Below are positions 49,857-61,061 of a stretch of DNA of 64,000 nucleotides, in pieces (the first letter of the stretch is position 1; each line of letters starts with the position of its first letter). The stretch is taken from NCBI GenBank assembly GCA_010093995.1, contig ML992530.1:1-64000 (forward strand), read 5' to 3'. The notes beneath the pieces are model-generated. The model saw only the letters and a program-made list of their open reading frames with translations, made no database searches and was not told the origin of the DNA. The stretch comes from Elsinoe ampelina. Taxonomy: Eukaryota. The translations under genes and the position numbers were made by a program.

Positions 49857-51140
49857 ACTCTGTGCTACCACTTGTGACTATACGACCTTACAACATACGA
49901 CCTAAATCTTTAATGACTTTCCCTCATCAAACTTGGCATGGAACTATAGACGGACACACTCCCTTCGACAGATCAGCGATGACGATATGACCTCGGGATT
50001 TGGAATGCGTTTGGTATGACATTGGCTTTGACGGAACAATGTCTGAGTGAAGAAGGCTCTGAACAGGTTCACTCCTATCTTGAAATGACGCCAGGGCTGG
50101 TCCCATGCACAAACACTATAGAATTGAGACTATCAAAACCTACTTTCTGACTTCAATTTCCATCTGACATGCACGTGTGGATCCAAGAGATTGGAAAGCA
50201 GGGAAACACGAGACAGACCTGATCTGGCATTTGCGGCCGCACAAGGTTCGCCTGTGCATGAGAACACCGGTGCCTGCATCATGCATGCCTGGCTCTTGGA
50301 GCGGACGCACAGCACATGCGAGGCAGTTGAAGGCCAAGATCCAGGGGCAGGAGGGGGATGCTGATCTTCATTTTCCACGTGCAGAGAGCAGAGAGAGAAG
50401 CTGATCCGGAGAGGTGCATACTCAAGGCAGACTTGCTCCTCACTACCAACCTTCTTGGTCCATCCCAGGATATCTGAAGTTGCGCGGGTCGGATTACGTT
50501 GAGATCCTTCCCGTGGCGCGTTGCTGGCCGGACGTTGCTGAACCAGCGGACGAGAGACTATGGGAAAGGAGACTTCCCGCCGCAACAGGACGCCATTGAA
50601 GTCATTGCCGGCCATCGAATCGCTGGATGTCCAAGATCGATGCTTGCCTCCCGTCGGCGCCTTCCGTCAAAGATTGATGAATGGCAAGGTTGATATCAAA
50701 TGATCCACGCTCGGGTTTGAAGATCAGCAGATCAGAAAAATCCCGACCCATTCTTCGGGAAAGACCTCGACCTGTTCACCCACGCTGCTAGACTCGTTTC
50801 ATCCTAGCACGATTAACCCTCACATGATGACTCGTGCGGTCTGGAACCAATCACTGCTGTCCACAGCGCTCGTCGGCCCCTCAATTTTTCACGTGCGCTG
50901 AGATTTTCGGGTGGGCTGCATGTGCCATGTGAGCAACCCTGCCCGAGCGGCGAAGTATACATTTTCGTGGAGGTCTTTTCTTTCCTTGTACTACCACATC
51001 ACCACCCAGTTCGACACAATTGCTTGCGGGCGACTTTGGAGGGTTTGCGTCCGCTTTGCTTAGAAACCCTTCCACGTGTGATTTAACCTAAACTTCAAGA
51101 GGTCTTATCAGAGCAAAGAGCCAGGAAAGGATACTTCATC

Positions 51141-52370
51141 ATGCAGTCCCAGGACAACAATATCTCTGCCTACGACGAGCAGGCGACCGCCGAGCGCGTC
51201 AATGTCGTTCCCAAGGGCATTGACGGTACCAATGGCTCCACCGACAGCTCTGCCAACAGCCATGCTCACGGCGCCCCTGAGCTGGTAGACAAAGACGAAC
51301 CAACCCCTCCAGTGACCACCGACACCTCACGTCGCGGGCAGTGGTTCGCCTACCTCAGGACTCGCAATTTTTGGATCGTCCTCGCCCTATCTCAGACCAT
51401 CACTCTCTGCCAGACCGGCACCAACACCTTCACTGGCCTGTTGGCGCAGGAAGGCACCTCCATCCCCGCCTTCCAGACCTTCTTCGTCTACGTCCTGCTC
51501 AACCTAGTCTACACCGTCTACACCATCTACAAGTACGGCTTCAAAGGCTGGTTCAAGCTCATCATCAAGGACGGCTGGCGCTACCTCATCCTCGCCTTCT
51601 TCGACGTCGAGGGCAACTACTTCATCGTCCTCGGATACCGCTACACCACCATCCTCTCCGCCCAACTCATCGGCTTCTGGACCATCGTCGTAGTCGTGGC
51701 CCTGTCCTTTGCGTTCCTCAAAGTCCGCTACCACGTCGCGCAGTACGTCGGCATCCTCATCTGCTGCGGCGGCTTCGGCGTGCTCATCGCATCCGACCAC
51801 ATCACGGGTTCCAACGGCGGCCAGGCGTCCAGCGAAGTCAAGGGCGACCTGTTCATCCTCCTCGCGGCGACACTGTACGGCTTCTCCAATGTCATCGAGG
51901 AGTTCCTCGTCTCCAAGCGTCCGCTGTATGAAGTCCTCGGCCAGCTTGCTTTCTACGGCATGTTCATCAATGGCGCCCAAGCCGGCATCTTCGACCGCAG
52001 CGCCTTCCGCAATGCGACCTGGAGCCCCAAGGTCGGCGGCTACTTGACTGGCTACACCCTTCTGCTGTTCATCTTCTACTCACTCGCGCCCATCGTCTTC
52101 CGCATGGCTTCAGCGGCGTTCTTCAACATTGGTTTGCTGACTGGCAGCTTCTGGGGCGTGGCGATTGGCGTCAAGGTCTTTGGGTACAGCATTCACTGGA
52201 TGTACCCGATCGCGTTTGTGTTGATCATCGTGGGCTTCTTCGTGTACTACGGCACTGAAGGGGTGTTGGGGGATGCGAAGAAGCCTTGGTTGGGGGAGAA
52301 TCAGGAGCAGGGTGTTGCCGGCGTGGGCACGGCGAGGAGGCGGATGGAGAATCCTGGTGTGATCGTTTAG
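51141..52370 (+). CDS. SLC35F / DUF914 drug-metabolite-superfamily transporter
   Basis: TSIPAFQTF, LAFFDVEGNYFIVLGYRYTTILSAQL, KGDLF..LYGFSNVIEEFLVS, ASAAFFNIGLLT; about 10 TM segments. Confidence 0.92.
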   Translation: MQSQDNNISAYDEQATAERVNVVPKGIDGTNGSTDSSANSHAHGAPELVDKDEPTPPVTTDTSRRGQWFAYLRTRNFWIVLALSQTITLCQTGTNTFTGLLAQEGTSIPAFQTFFVYVLLNLVYTVYTIYKYGFKGWFKLIIKDGWRYLILAFFDVEGNYFIVLGYRYTTILSAQLIGFWTIVVVVALSFAFLKVRYHVAQYVGILICCGGFGVLIASDHITGSNGGQASSEVKGDLFILLAATLYGFSNVIEEFLVSKRPLYEVLGQLAFYGMFINGAQAGIFDRSAFRNATWSPKVGGYLTGYTLLLFIFYSLAPIVFRMASAAFFNIGLLTGSFWGVAIGVKVFGYSIHWMYPIAFVLIIVGFFVYYGTEGVLGDAKKPWLGENQEQGVAGVGTARRRMENPGVIV

Positions 52371-52754
52371 GGGAGAGATTGAGTTATGATTGTCATGACT
52401 GTGTGCTTGGGATAGATAGGAGATAGTATTTGGAGAATACATAATGTGTGCGCTAGGTGGGGCCCGGTCAGGCATGTGCGAACTTGTCGGTAATGAGGAG
52501 CAGAGGTCCGATGCGGTGAAGGTGAAGTGAAGGTGAGGTGAGTACTGGACCATCGGGAGCATGTGAAAGGTAAACACACTAGTCCTGTTGTGGAATGGCT
52601 GCGTTTGGTGGCGAGGTGAGTTTTCCTTTGATACATGACCTTGAATCTCCTGCATTCTCTTTCACCACCTCCATCACCTCCTCACCAGCTCTTCGGACTA
52701 TTTCAGACACACCTACAAGAGGTGTCGTGATCTCAGGTCGCATTTTCGATCGAG

Positions 52755-54342
52755 ATGGCCGATCAAGATGACGTGGACGGTACTCACGCAGGTCCAGTCC
52801 GGATACGCGCCGTGATCACCGTCGATCGCATCAACCGCATCGAAGAGGATATGGACGAAGCTTCTCAGCAAAGGCTGTCGGTCTGGCGTAAGAAGGCAGC
52901 ATTCGGGAGCGCCATGGCCTTTCATACGTTATACGAGCCGGATCTCGGTGTTGTACTCAATAATACGCTCCAATTCTTAGATTCGTTGGTGAGCTTCCCG
53001 TTGTACTCAACCAGACTCGTTCAGCAACTAACAATCATCCAGGAATCATCTGAGTGGGAGAATGCTGTGTGCGGAAAGGCCTTCAAAGTTGGCACATCGA
53101 CAGACGACAAGCGAGCAGGCGGAGTTGGGAGCGGATTCTGGCCGGTACGGATCTCCGAGATGAGCAGCAGATTCCGACCTTGACTGACTATGAATAGGTG
53201 GAGGAGACGGACAAGTACTATTCAGATGTTCAGGCTGATATGGCGTCATTCATGCAGCAATTCAAATCAGACTTCGCGGACGTCAAACCAGGAGAGCGAC
53301 CACTCTGGGGCAGCGTCCTCATCAAATTGGCTGGCGTCGTGCTACCTACACCTAGCACCCTCCTCTACGTGCAACATAACCTAAAGGAATCGCTCTCGCC
53401 GGACAAGTTCGCCAACAACCTGGAAAAGCTGGTCGATACGGTCAAAGAATACCAGTGGCGCAGTGTTCATGTCAAAGCAGGTCAGGTCCTGAGCAGCGGC
53501 GAGGCGATCCAGCAGCTTTGTCACATCTATCACATCCTCGTCACCCTCCAACAGGACGATCTGGCCGCCGACATCAAGTCTGCTATGCTGCACGTCCATT
53601 TCTATGAGCATTACGATCGCTTGTGTGCCGACTTCTCCGCGAACGGATATGGAACCAACGAATCCCACATGGAGTCTCGAGAGGTCGGACAGCAAGCTGC
53701 AGACTTCCCAGACACATTCATTGACCACCTGCTGGAATGCTTGATTCCAACTACGACAAAGTTTGCCGTCTCAGAGATGGGAAAGCAACGTGAGGTTGCC
53801 AGGCTGAATGTTGACCATTTCAAAAGCAAAGGAGAAAAGCTCTGCATATGGACTCGTGAATTCGGTATCGGCTTCACCTGGTTTCTACTATGTGCAAATT
53901 GGGAGCAGAGGTATGCAATGTCGAGAGCAAAGTGTTCGTCATTAACCATTTCAGTCCTCACAATGTCAATCAACAAGACATCAGCCTCATAGCAGCCATG
54001 ATCAACAAAGATGATCCCAGCATTCGCCAGTTGTCCACACTCATCTACAACAACCTACTAGCCTACCTAGTAGAGCCGAATCGTGCCGGGAAGATCGTAC
54101 CAAAACTGCGTCTCAGCACACTGCCGAAGGATAAGTGGCACGCGGTATCCCTCATGGTGCTTGCAAGCCGTGATACAATCAACGTCATCAAAGGATTCCC
54201 ACCTAGAAATGACGACGTCCTCGAGTACCCAAGGGAACACCTGATATTCGAGAATGAAGCCCAACTGGCTATTTACAACGAGAGCTTCACCGACCTGGAT
54301 CCTCGTCCTATGATTCCACAGTACCACAAGACAACTACTTAG
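52755..54342 (+). CDS. Hypothetical protein; about 4 exons
   Basis: ORFs 52755.., 53198..53992 and 53890..54342 linked by plausible introns (about 52989-53042, 53144-53197, 53911-53954); no recognised domain. Confidence 0.55.
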
Positions 54343-56149
54343 CCAAAGAAATGAGCGGTACCAGGACGCTTTCTCCCAGCTCCCTGCGTCCGAAACCTCG
54401 CAAGGCAGATGGAGTCAAGGATGCTCGTCCAGAGGCTACGAGGCCAAACTGCCGAATCGGAGCTGCTGGACACCGAGGGTAGGAAAGGGACTGAATATAC
54501 CAGGAGGCCGAGGATGATTTCAGATCAGCTCTTGACTCCATGGATAGTACCGGTCAAAGTAGGCGCGATACGTCAGCTTGTAATATATGGTTCCTAGGTC
54601 AGATAGGATAGACTTGTCAAATGCGACGTCTCACATTGGAACCCCAATTGTTGCGTGACCACCTCGAATCCAAGCCAGCCTGAAATATTACCCTATCATG
54701 CGTTCGTCCTCTCCACCCCTGTCTGGAGTCAGCGATGACGTTTCATTCGAGGAGCAACCTACAAGATCTCTAGGATTCTGCTGCTCTGCCTCAAAAAGGA
54801 ATGGGCCTCAGTCCCTGGCGTCTGCCCTGACACGCTGGGCAGTGTACCGCCGCAAAGTACCACCCCCTACGCTACTAAAGCTGCCGCTGTTTGCGCTCAT
54901 ACATGCATCTACTACCACCATGCCTGTGTCATCGGTCTTCCCTTTCTTTCTTGATCTCTATCGATATTCAAATGACGCACTCACAGGTTATCGGCACGCA
55001 CTCATAGGGTATCGGAAGCATGTGCAACTACACCGAGCACATATTTCTGCCTCTACTCATCTCCCTTTCACACCGCATCCGGTCTTTTCCTAACCCTGCA
55101 TCTGATTGTCATCATCCCGCACTGCTAGAGTTCTGGAGTCTAGCATCATATGCACGATATCGCTCACAACGACTTCGAAAGAGTACCACAGACTTGAGCC
55201 TGTCCTTTGTAACAAACAGGATATCTTCGAGCGTACGGAATGCCTCATTTCGTTTGCTATTCGGCCGAATAGCAAATCCCATAACTCGAATAGCAGCAGA
55301 CAGACTGAAGGAAACGAGAATAGTGAATGACTAAGAAAGAAGGAGATGACGGACTAAGAGCTCCCACACAAGTTTGAGTACCATGATGACTTGCCAATCA
55401 CGGAATGGTGGGCAATGAGTAGCTTGATCGATGGGGCTGTGAGAAAGACAGTTGGGATAGATGTTGAGGCATAGCAACAGAGGATTAATGCTAGGAGAAC
55501 CCGGGTGGCTAGACGACTACAGGGACTTGCTTTCTGCGGAAGGGGCAGTGTCGATTGCTATTATACCTGGTAGGACATCAATACATCGGACTACAAGAGC
55601 CTAGGACACCGAAGGTGAAACCCAGCTAAAGGGTGAGACCGTACAAGCGTTAACCCTGTAGTGATAACGTCGGAAAGTGGGTGGGCGGGACGGCCCTAGA
55701 GTCTGGAAGGAACTAGAAGGTCCAAGTACTCAGGAACCAAATCGCTAGCAAGACAGGCTCAGGACATAGTCTAACAGAAGTGGTGGCATCCAGCGCGAGA
55801 GGACATTGTAGTATGTAACCGTTGAACTACCAGAAGTGGTCTTGTTTTCGGGAGAAGCTCACCACATGACCTGCCGCATACCAACAGCATGGTGAAGTGA
55901 GGCGAGGGATCTGGTAGGATGTGGAGATAAGGAAGTATCAGAGAACATGATACAGTCAAGTGAGCTCACTTACGCCGCTGCCGATTGACGATGATACCAT
56001 TCACAGTTCATGAACCTCTGGTAGGAAAAGATACTGAAATACTACCAGAATAAACATCCATGGGTTGGATGCGTAGAGCGTTAGTCCAGGCCACCTTTTC
56101 GGATCTCGCGTGGCCACCGCAGTCGTTCGTGGAAAGAGTGACCAGCCAC

Positions 56150-57023
56150 TTACTCATCCATCTTCACACCGACATCGCCTGCATCCTTTGTGGACTTGCT
56201 CAACTCCTGCTGCTGATCTTGCATGTCTTCGTCGCTCGCCACGCTCGATTCCGGTGTAGGACTATCGTGCGCTTCCATATCCGCATCTGTGAGCTGGCGA
56301 TTATCGTATCTGACAGCTTTCTGGATTCCACGCTCGGCAAAATATGCGCGGATTCGGGCATCGCCTGAAGTGGTCAGAGTGATAACGGATCCTTGGCAGG
56401 GTGTACGAACCAGCTCGAGGATCGATAGTTTCCCAGGCTGAGATCACCTCCGGGATCCACGGCTCACCGGCTGTCAGACATTAGTACGTCTAAGTCGTGT
56501 CAGACGGCGTTGTAGGGGAGTTCTCACAATCGTCGCAGATGTCGTCCGCTTCTATGTTGGCAGCGACTATAGCGATTTAGTCATCCATCAGAGGTGAGCA
56601 CACATGCTCAATACCTTCAGCATGGAGGGCGCGAAGGGCCTTGGTCTGGAGCACATGGATCCTTGGTGTCTTCTTGACATCCTCGGCTGCCTATCGCATG
56701 TCAATCGCGGCCCGTTGTCCTCTATATCCATTACCGACTTCGGCACCAGTCAGCGCGGTCTGACTTTGCTCTTCTGCTGGCTCCTTCTCGACATCGAGCC
56801 TGTAATGTCTGCTCGCGGGACTCTCACTCGTCGAAGCCACCGCCGGTTGCGCTTCTGCTTCTTCCGGCAGCTCTGTTGTACCCCCAATCTTGCGCCTCTT
56901 GTAGGGGTTCCCGTGGCGATGTGACGAGACACCTATGATGTGAATATGTGTTTACACATGGAAAGTATGCGCCGTACCTCCAGCCTCCTTGCTTCCATTA
57001 TCTCTGCCACGACCCTTGGCCAT
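56150..57023 (-). CDS. Hypothetical multi-exon protein (about 6 exons)
   Basis: Hand-spliced model MAKGRGRDNGSKEAG/VSSHRHGNPYKRRKIG.../AEDVKKTPRIHVLQTKALRALHAE/.../DARIRAYFAERGIQKAVRY...KMDE* using GT-AG introns. Confidence 0.4.
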
Positions 57024-57466
57024 GTCTTCTTGTTGTCATTGACGGACTGGAATGTGATGCGCAAGACCAGTCTACAGGAAGGCAGTGTGGATGTGAGAGG
57101 TGAGGAATTATCACTTGTCAGAAAGTCGGTGATCTGGAATCACAAGCATGCCCAACCAAATGGTCATTCGGATCGACCACTAAGAAACCTTATTCCACAC
57201 GTCTCGCTATATTACCTTGTACTACCAGCTCACCCTCCACCTTGAAGGCGATCCGACCGTTCTTGAAAGTGCATAGAAGAAAAGATGAAATAGATGTCAG
57301 AAGAAGAAAAAATCTGGTAGGTACTTCCTAAATTTCCCACTTCTGCGACCACATGCCGACACCCTCCTGGTAGGATGTCTCATGGGTATCGTTCTCCAGT
57401 CCCATGATCCAGGACAGTCCCACCACGGCAAGATGCGATCACAGAAGAATGTAGACATACTCAGGT

Positions 57467-58354
57467 CTATAGGAGTGAGCTTCCGTCGCTTCCTGGTGGT
57501 AGTATCGTTGTGGTCTGGTAAACCTTGTCGACGATACTCCTGTCCTTGTCGACCTTGTCCATCTTTGGTAGAGTGCGATTTGCTTCAGCAGCAGCAAGTG
57601 CAGGTCCGTGCACACGTTTCTCGTGCTCTTTGCAGTTCGAGAACGTCTTGATCCAATAGCATGGGCAGAATCGGCATTTGTACTTCGCACCGTCGTGATT
57701 GCCTTCTCGGTGACGAAGTGCGTTCTCCATGGTGACGAGTTTCTGATGCTTACCACGGTGCTCGGCATTGGCAACGTATCCTTGATGCTCTGGCGCCTGG
57801 ATCATGTACTGGTAAGCGGTACTACCAGCAATCCGCCCTTTGGTGATTGCTCTGAGCTTCTTGCGCAGAGTCTGGTAGTTTGGCTGCTCGTTGTTGGGGT
57901 CGAGGATACCGTCGAGCCGGTAGTAGGTCAGGTACGCACCTGGTCCTCTGCACTGTTTGAACCAGAAACTACCAGGTACTTTCTGGTACTTGTACTCGTT
58001 GATGGGGATGCTCTTCCACGGTAGAGAATCCGCCCAGACCAACGATGAGGCGCGGAAACTTTGGCTGGACTTCTGTGCGGCTCGGAGGATCCTGGCAAGT
58101 GTCTTCTTCCTGATGAACTTCTCGATGTCCTTCGTGAAGGTTGAGGTCATCAGGATGGCGCACTTCGGCTTGGGCGCTCCAGGGGGCGAGTAGTAATAGT
58201 CGAGGACTTCCTTTCTCAGTTCTGCCCCATTCTCACATTCGTACTGGCTGTGTCGAGTATGGACGATCACTATGTCGCAGACTTGCTCTGCGGTAGATAC
58301 AGGTGGCCTGGTGTATAGAGGAGTGAAGGCGCATGTCGCCGGCTTCTTTGGCAC
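57467..58354 (-). CDS. Hypothetical protein with C2H2-like zinc finger (5' end unresolved; in-frame TAG at 58367-58369 just upstream)
   Basis: 295-codon open frame with YKCRFCPCYWIKTFSNCKEHEKRVH; upstream ORF 58367..58660 is in the same frame. Confidence 0.55.
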   Translation of the reverse strand: MPKKPATCAFTPLYTRPPVSTAEQVCDIVIVHTRHSQYECENGAELRKEVLDYYYSPPGAPKPKCAILMTSTFTKDIEKFIRKKTLARILRAAQKSSQSFRASSLVWADSLPWKSIPINEYKYQKVPGSFWFKQCRGPGAYLTYYRLDGILDPNNEQPNYQTLRKKLRAITKGRIAGSTAYQYMIQAPEHQGYVANAEHRGKHQKLVTMENALRHREGNHDGAKYKCRFCPCYWIKTFSNCKEHEKRVHGPALAAAEANRTLPKMDKVDKDRSIVDKVYQTTTILPPGSDGSSLL

Positions 58355-59515
58355 TTGATTTCGTGTCTAGACTTGCTCATCTAGGTCCAGCTGGTCGGCA
58401 TATCCGATTTTAGTAAGGTCCACAGTAACCGTGAGTGGCCGAATGTCACTTCCGGATGTAGCACGGCTTGTGTCAATTTTGGTGAACTGGATGGTGTCCT
58501 CCTGTCTGCAGACTGGTTGACTTGTACGTGGGACAGTTGTACCCGAGACTGTCGGCTCGAACCCGTCCCAATGGGAGATGGATGCTGCATTGAGCAACGA
58601 TGCTGTCATTTCTGTCCACATGCTGGTAGTTTCTCGAGAAGCAGACCGTCGATATGGCAATACAATTACTAAGCCAATTCCGTCCTAATTTGCCCCTAAT
58701 TTGACGTGAGGAATGGTGTACGTTCTGACCAGCCAACGTCTCGTTCCGCCGACTGAGGAACGAGATACGGACGACAGCTATCTGTTATCAGTATGTCTCC
58801 GCGGACAGCGAGTATCCTCGTTGGGCAGTCCCGTACGCCTACGTTGGATAGCGTTTTGTCCCGGCTCCAAGCCCTTGGTCCTCTGTCTGGAAGTACTTGC
58901 AACAAGAGATGGCCCAGAAGCAATGCTCCCGATCTGTGCCGGATGCATTCAAGATGCATTCACTCGGTCCGGCCTCAACAGCGAAGCCTTCATCACTCTT
59001 GCGCCGCTTCGCCCATGTGAGTATGAGAAAATTCGAATGGCATTCACGCTGTGGCAGGGTCGCTGCTTGTGAAGGGGATCTGCTATTCGATCTTGTGAGA
59101 TAGTCGGATGCTCGTGCTGACACTGTCCAACGAGACTTCCGCCGACTTTCAGAATTCCCCGCAATCATGCCGTTCGTCAAGCGTGTCGCCACAACATCAC
59201 ACCGAAAAGACGAACAGGAGTCCAGCAACTGCCATAGTGATGAATGTAAGAGGGAAGAGAGCGGAGAAGAAGCTCAAACGGAAAGGGAATGATAGAAGTT
59301 GGTCCTGATCCCTGCCCTGACCGTGTCGGGCCACACGACCCTGACGCGCCAATTTGCTTAGTCTCCGTGGTCTCTCCATTCAAAAAGACACTCTCGCGCC
59401 CTCGCCGTCGTCCCGTCGTCCTCGCTCTCGCTCAAGCTTCGCTTCCCTGCCTGCGGTGGTTTCCTCCCAAACCTCACCTCCGGTCCATATCGATCTCGGA
59501 CAAAAACCAAGCGGT

Positions 59516-59596
59516 CGACTGATGCAGGACTCGAACCTGCAGCCTCTCGTACGTCCTATACCGGAAACGAGTGCGCTACCATTGCGCCAACCAGTC
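59516..59596 (-). tRNA. tRNA-Arg(CCG) with 9-nt intron
   Basis: Minus strand GACTGGT TG GCGC AATGGTA GCGC A CTCGT TT CCG G [tataggacg] T ACGAG AGGC TGCAG GTTCGAGT CCTGC ATCAGTC G folds as a cloverleaf with A and B boxes; TTTTT Pol III terminator about 10 nt downstream. Confidence 0.92.
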
Positions 59597-61061
59597 TAGA
59601 GGTCTATACCATTGAATTGGAGGTGTTGTGAGACGAATTCAACGTGAGGTGGCAAATTCATGAATATATGAAGCCAGCGGCGGCGAGCAAGCCAATCTTG
59701 CAGTTGGGCGCGGGGTAGCGGCGTGAGCTGGTCCAGGTAGTCATCTTTGCTTCGTTGTAGACCAGTCGAATGACGTCCTTGGTGCAAACGTCGATAAGAG
59801 ATATGAGACCAGGTTCCAGCATGGGAGTACTGATTCGATCTAGGGCTCCGTTTGGCTTGTAGAGCTGACATCCGTACATCTCTTGGGATGTCCATATCTC
59901 CCTCCTCGGAGCACAGCATCTGTGAGTCTGTCGTATCATGTCAGGGTATGCTTGAGGATCCAAGCGAAGCGAAACAGCCACCTGACCTGGAACGGCGCAG
60001 TAGCCACGTCCAATGCCGTCGGTGAGATCGAGCGTGACCTTTCCAACAGTAAATCGTAGACCTGGAAAGCTGTGGAGGTCAATCGATCAAATCTCGGTGT
60101 TGCGCTGGCATCTGGACCCTTAGTGAGAGTAGACGGCGAGCAAAACGTCAAGGCGGCGCTTGCCAGTGCAGGATCCCATAGCGAAGCAGTAAGAGCTCTG
60201 AAAGAGCAGGGATGTTCTTGTCATAGGTGTTTGGGCGTGCTCAAGACCGTAGTCGTCGTTGTCAGGGACAGCTTGGTGGTGGGTATATCTCCATTTCCAA
60301 AGTGCAGCCGAGGATCCCATGGACCGCTGCGCAGAGAACTATGCCAACGCCCTGCATACGTCTCCTCGCAGCGCACACAGTAGGTAGCCGAACTGTCCTC
60401 GCTCATTTTTGAGTGGCTGAACTGTAACTTGGTAGCTCCTGGTGGCAGTCGATTGAAGAGGAGGGCAGAGCTATGGGACGCTCCAGGGGACAAAGCAGGA
60501 GTTGTAGAGCCTCTTGGGAACGTCGAAGGACTACTCCGGTATCGTCAGCATCAAAAGTGATATTTGGAGGCACCAGTTGTGGTAGTTACGTAAGGTGTCA
60601 CGTCGCCACCCGAGATGCTGTACGGAGGGAAAGCTTGTGGAAAAGGATGCAATTTGCGAACACGAAAACCTACGTGTGGATTTGATTGGATACAAGTCTT
60701 TGTCACATGCCGAGCAGTTTTCGTGGTCTGGCTTGTCACATGTTGAGTTGTGGTGGAAAGAGGAGTGGTGAAGCCCAGGTCAAAAACTACCAGAAGACGC
60801 CCCATAGGATCACGCAAGCAACCATTTTCACAATTCCGACCCGAACACAAGCAATCATCTTCACACTTCCGACAAGAAGCGAGGGAATCAATTTCGAGAA
60901 TGGAGAAGACATACTTCGGTATCCCAAAGACTAGCATTGAATGCTGAACATCGCACCTACCAGAGATCCAACATCAGATCATCACTTTCCACACAAGATG
61001 CACCACCATCCCTTCTCAGAACCTCATGGACATTACATCGGAATTTACCCCTACAACCAAT

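Noticed and set aside
55020..55620. Protein-like frame (..ELPHKFEYHDDLPITEWWAM..) with several in-frame stops, possibly a RIP-decayed gene
   Set aside because: Five stops in about 170 codons is not clearly below random expectation, there is no recognisable domain, and the region is not AT-rich
59596..60493. Overlapping short minus-strand ORFs upstream of the tRNA
   Set aside because: Could not assemble one consistent spliced frame or recognise a domain
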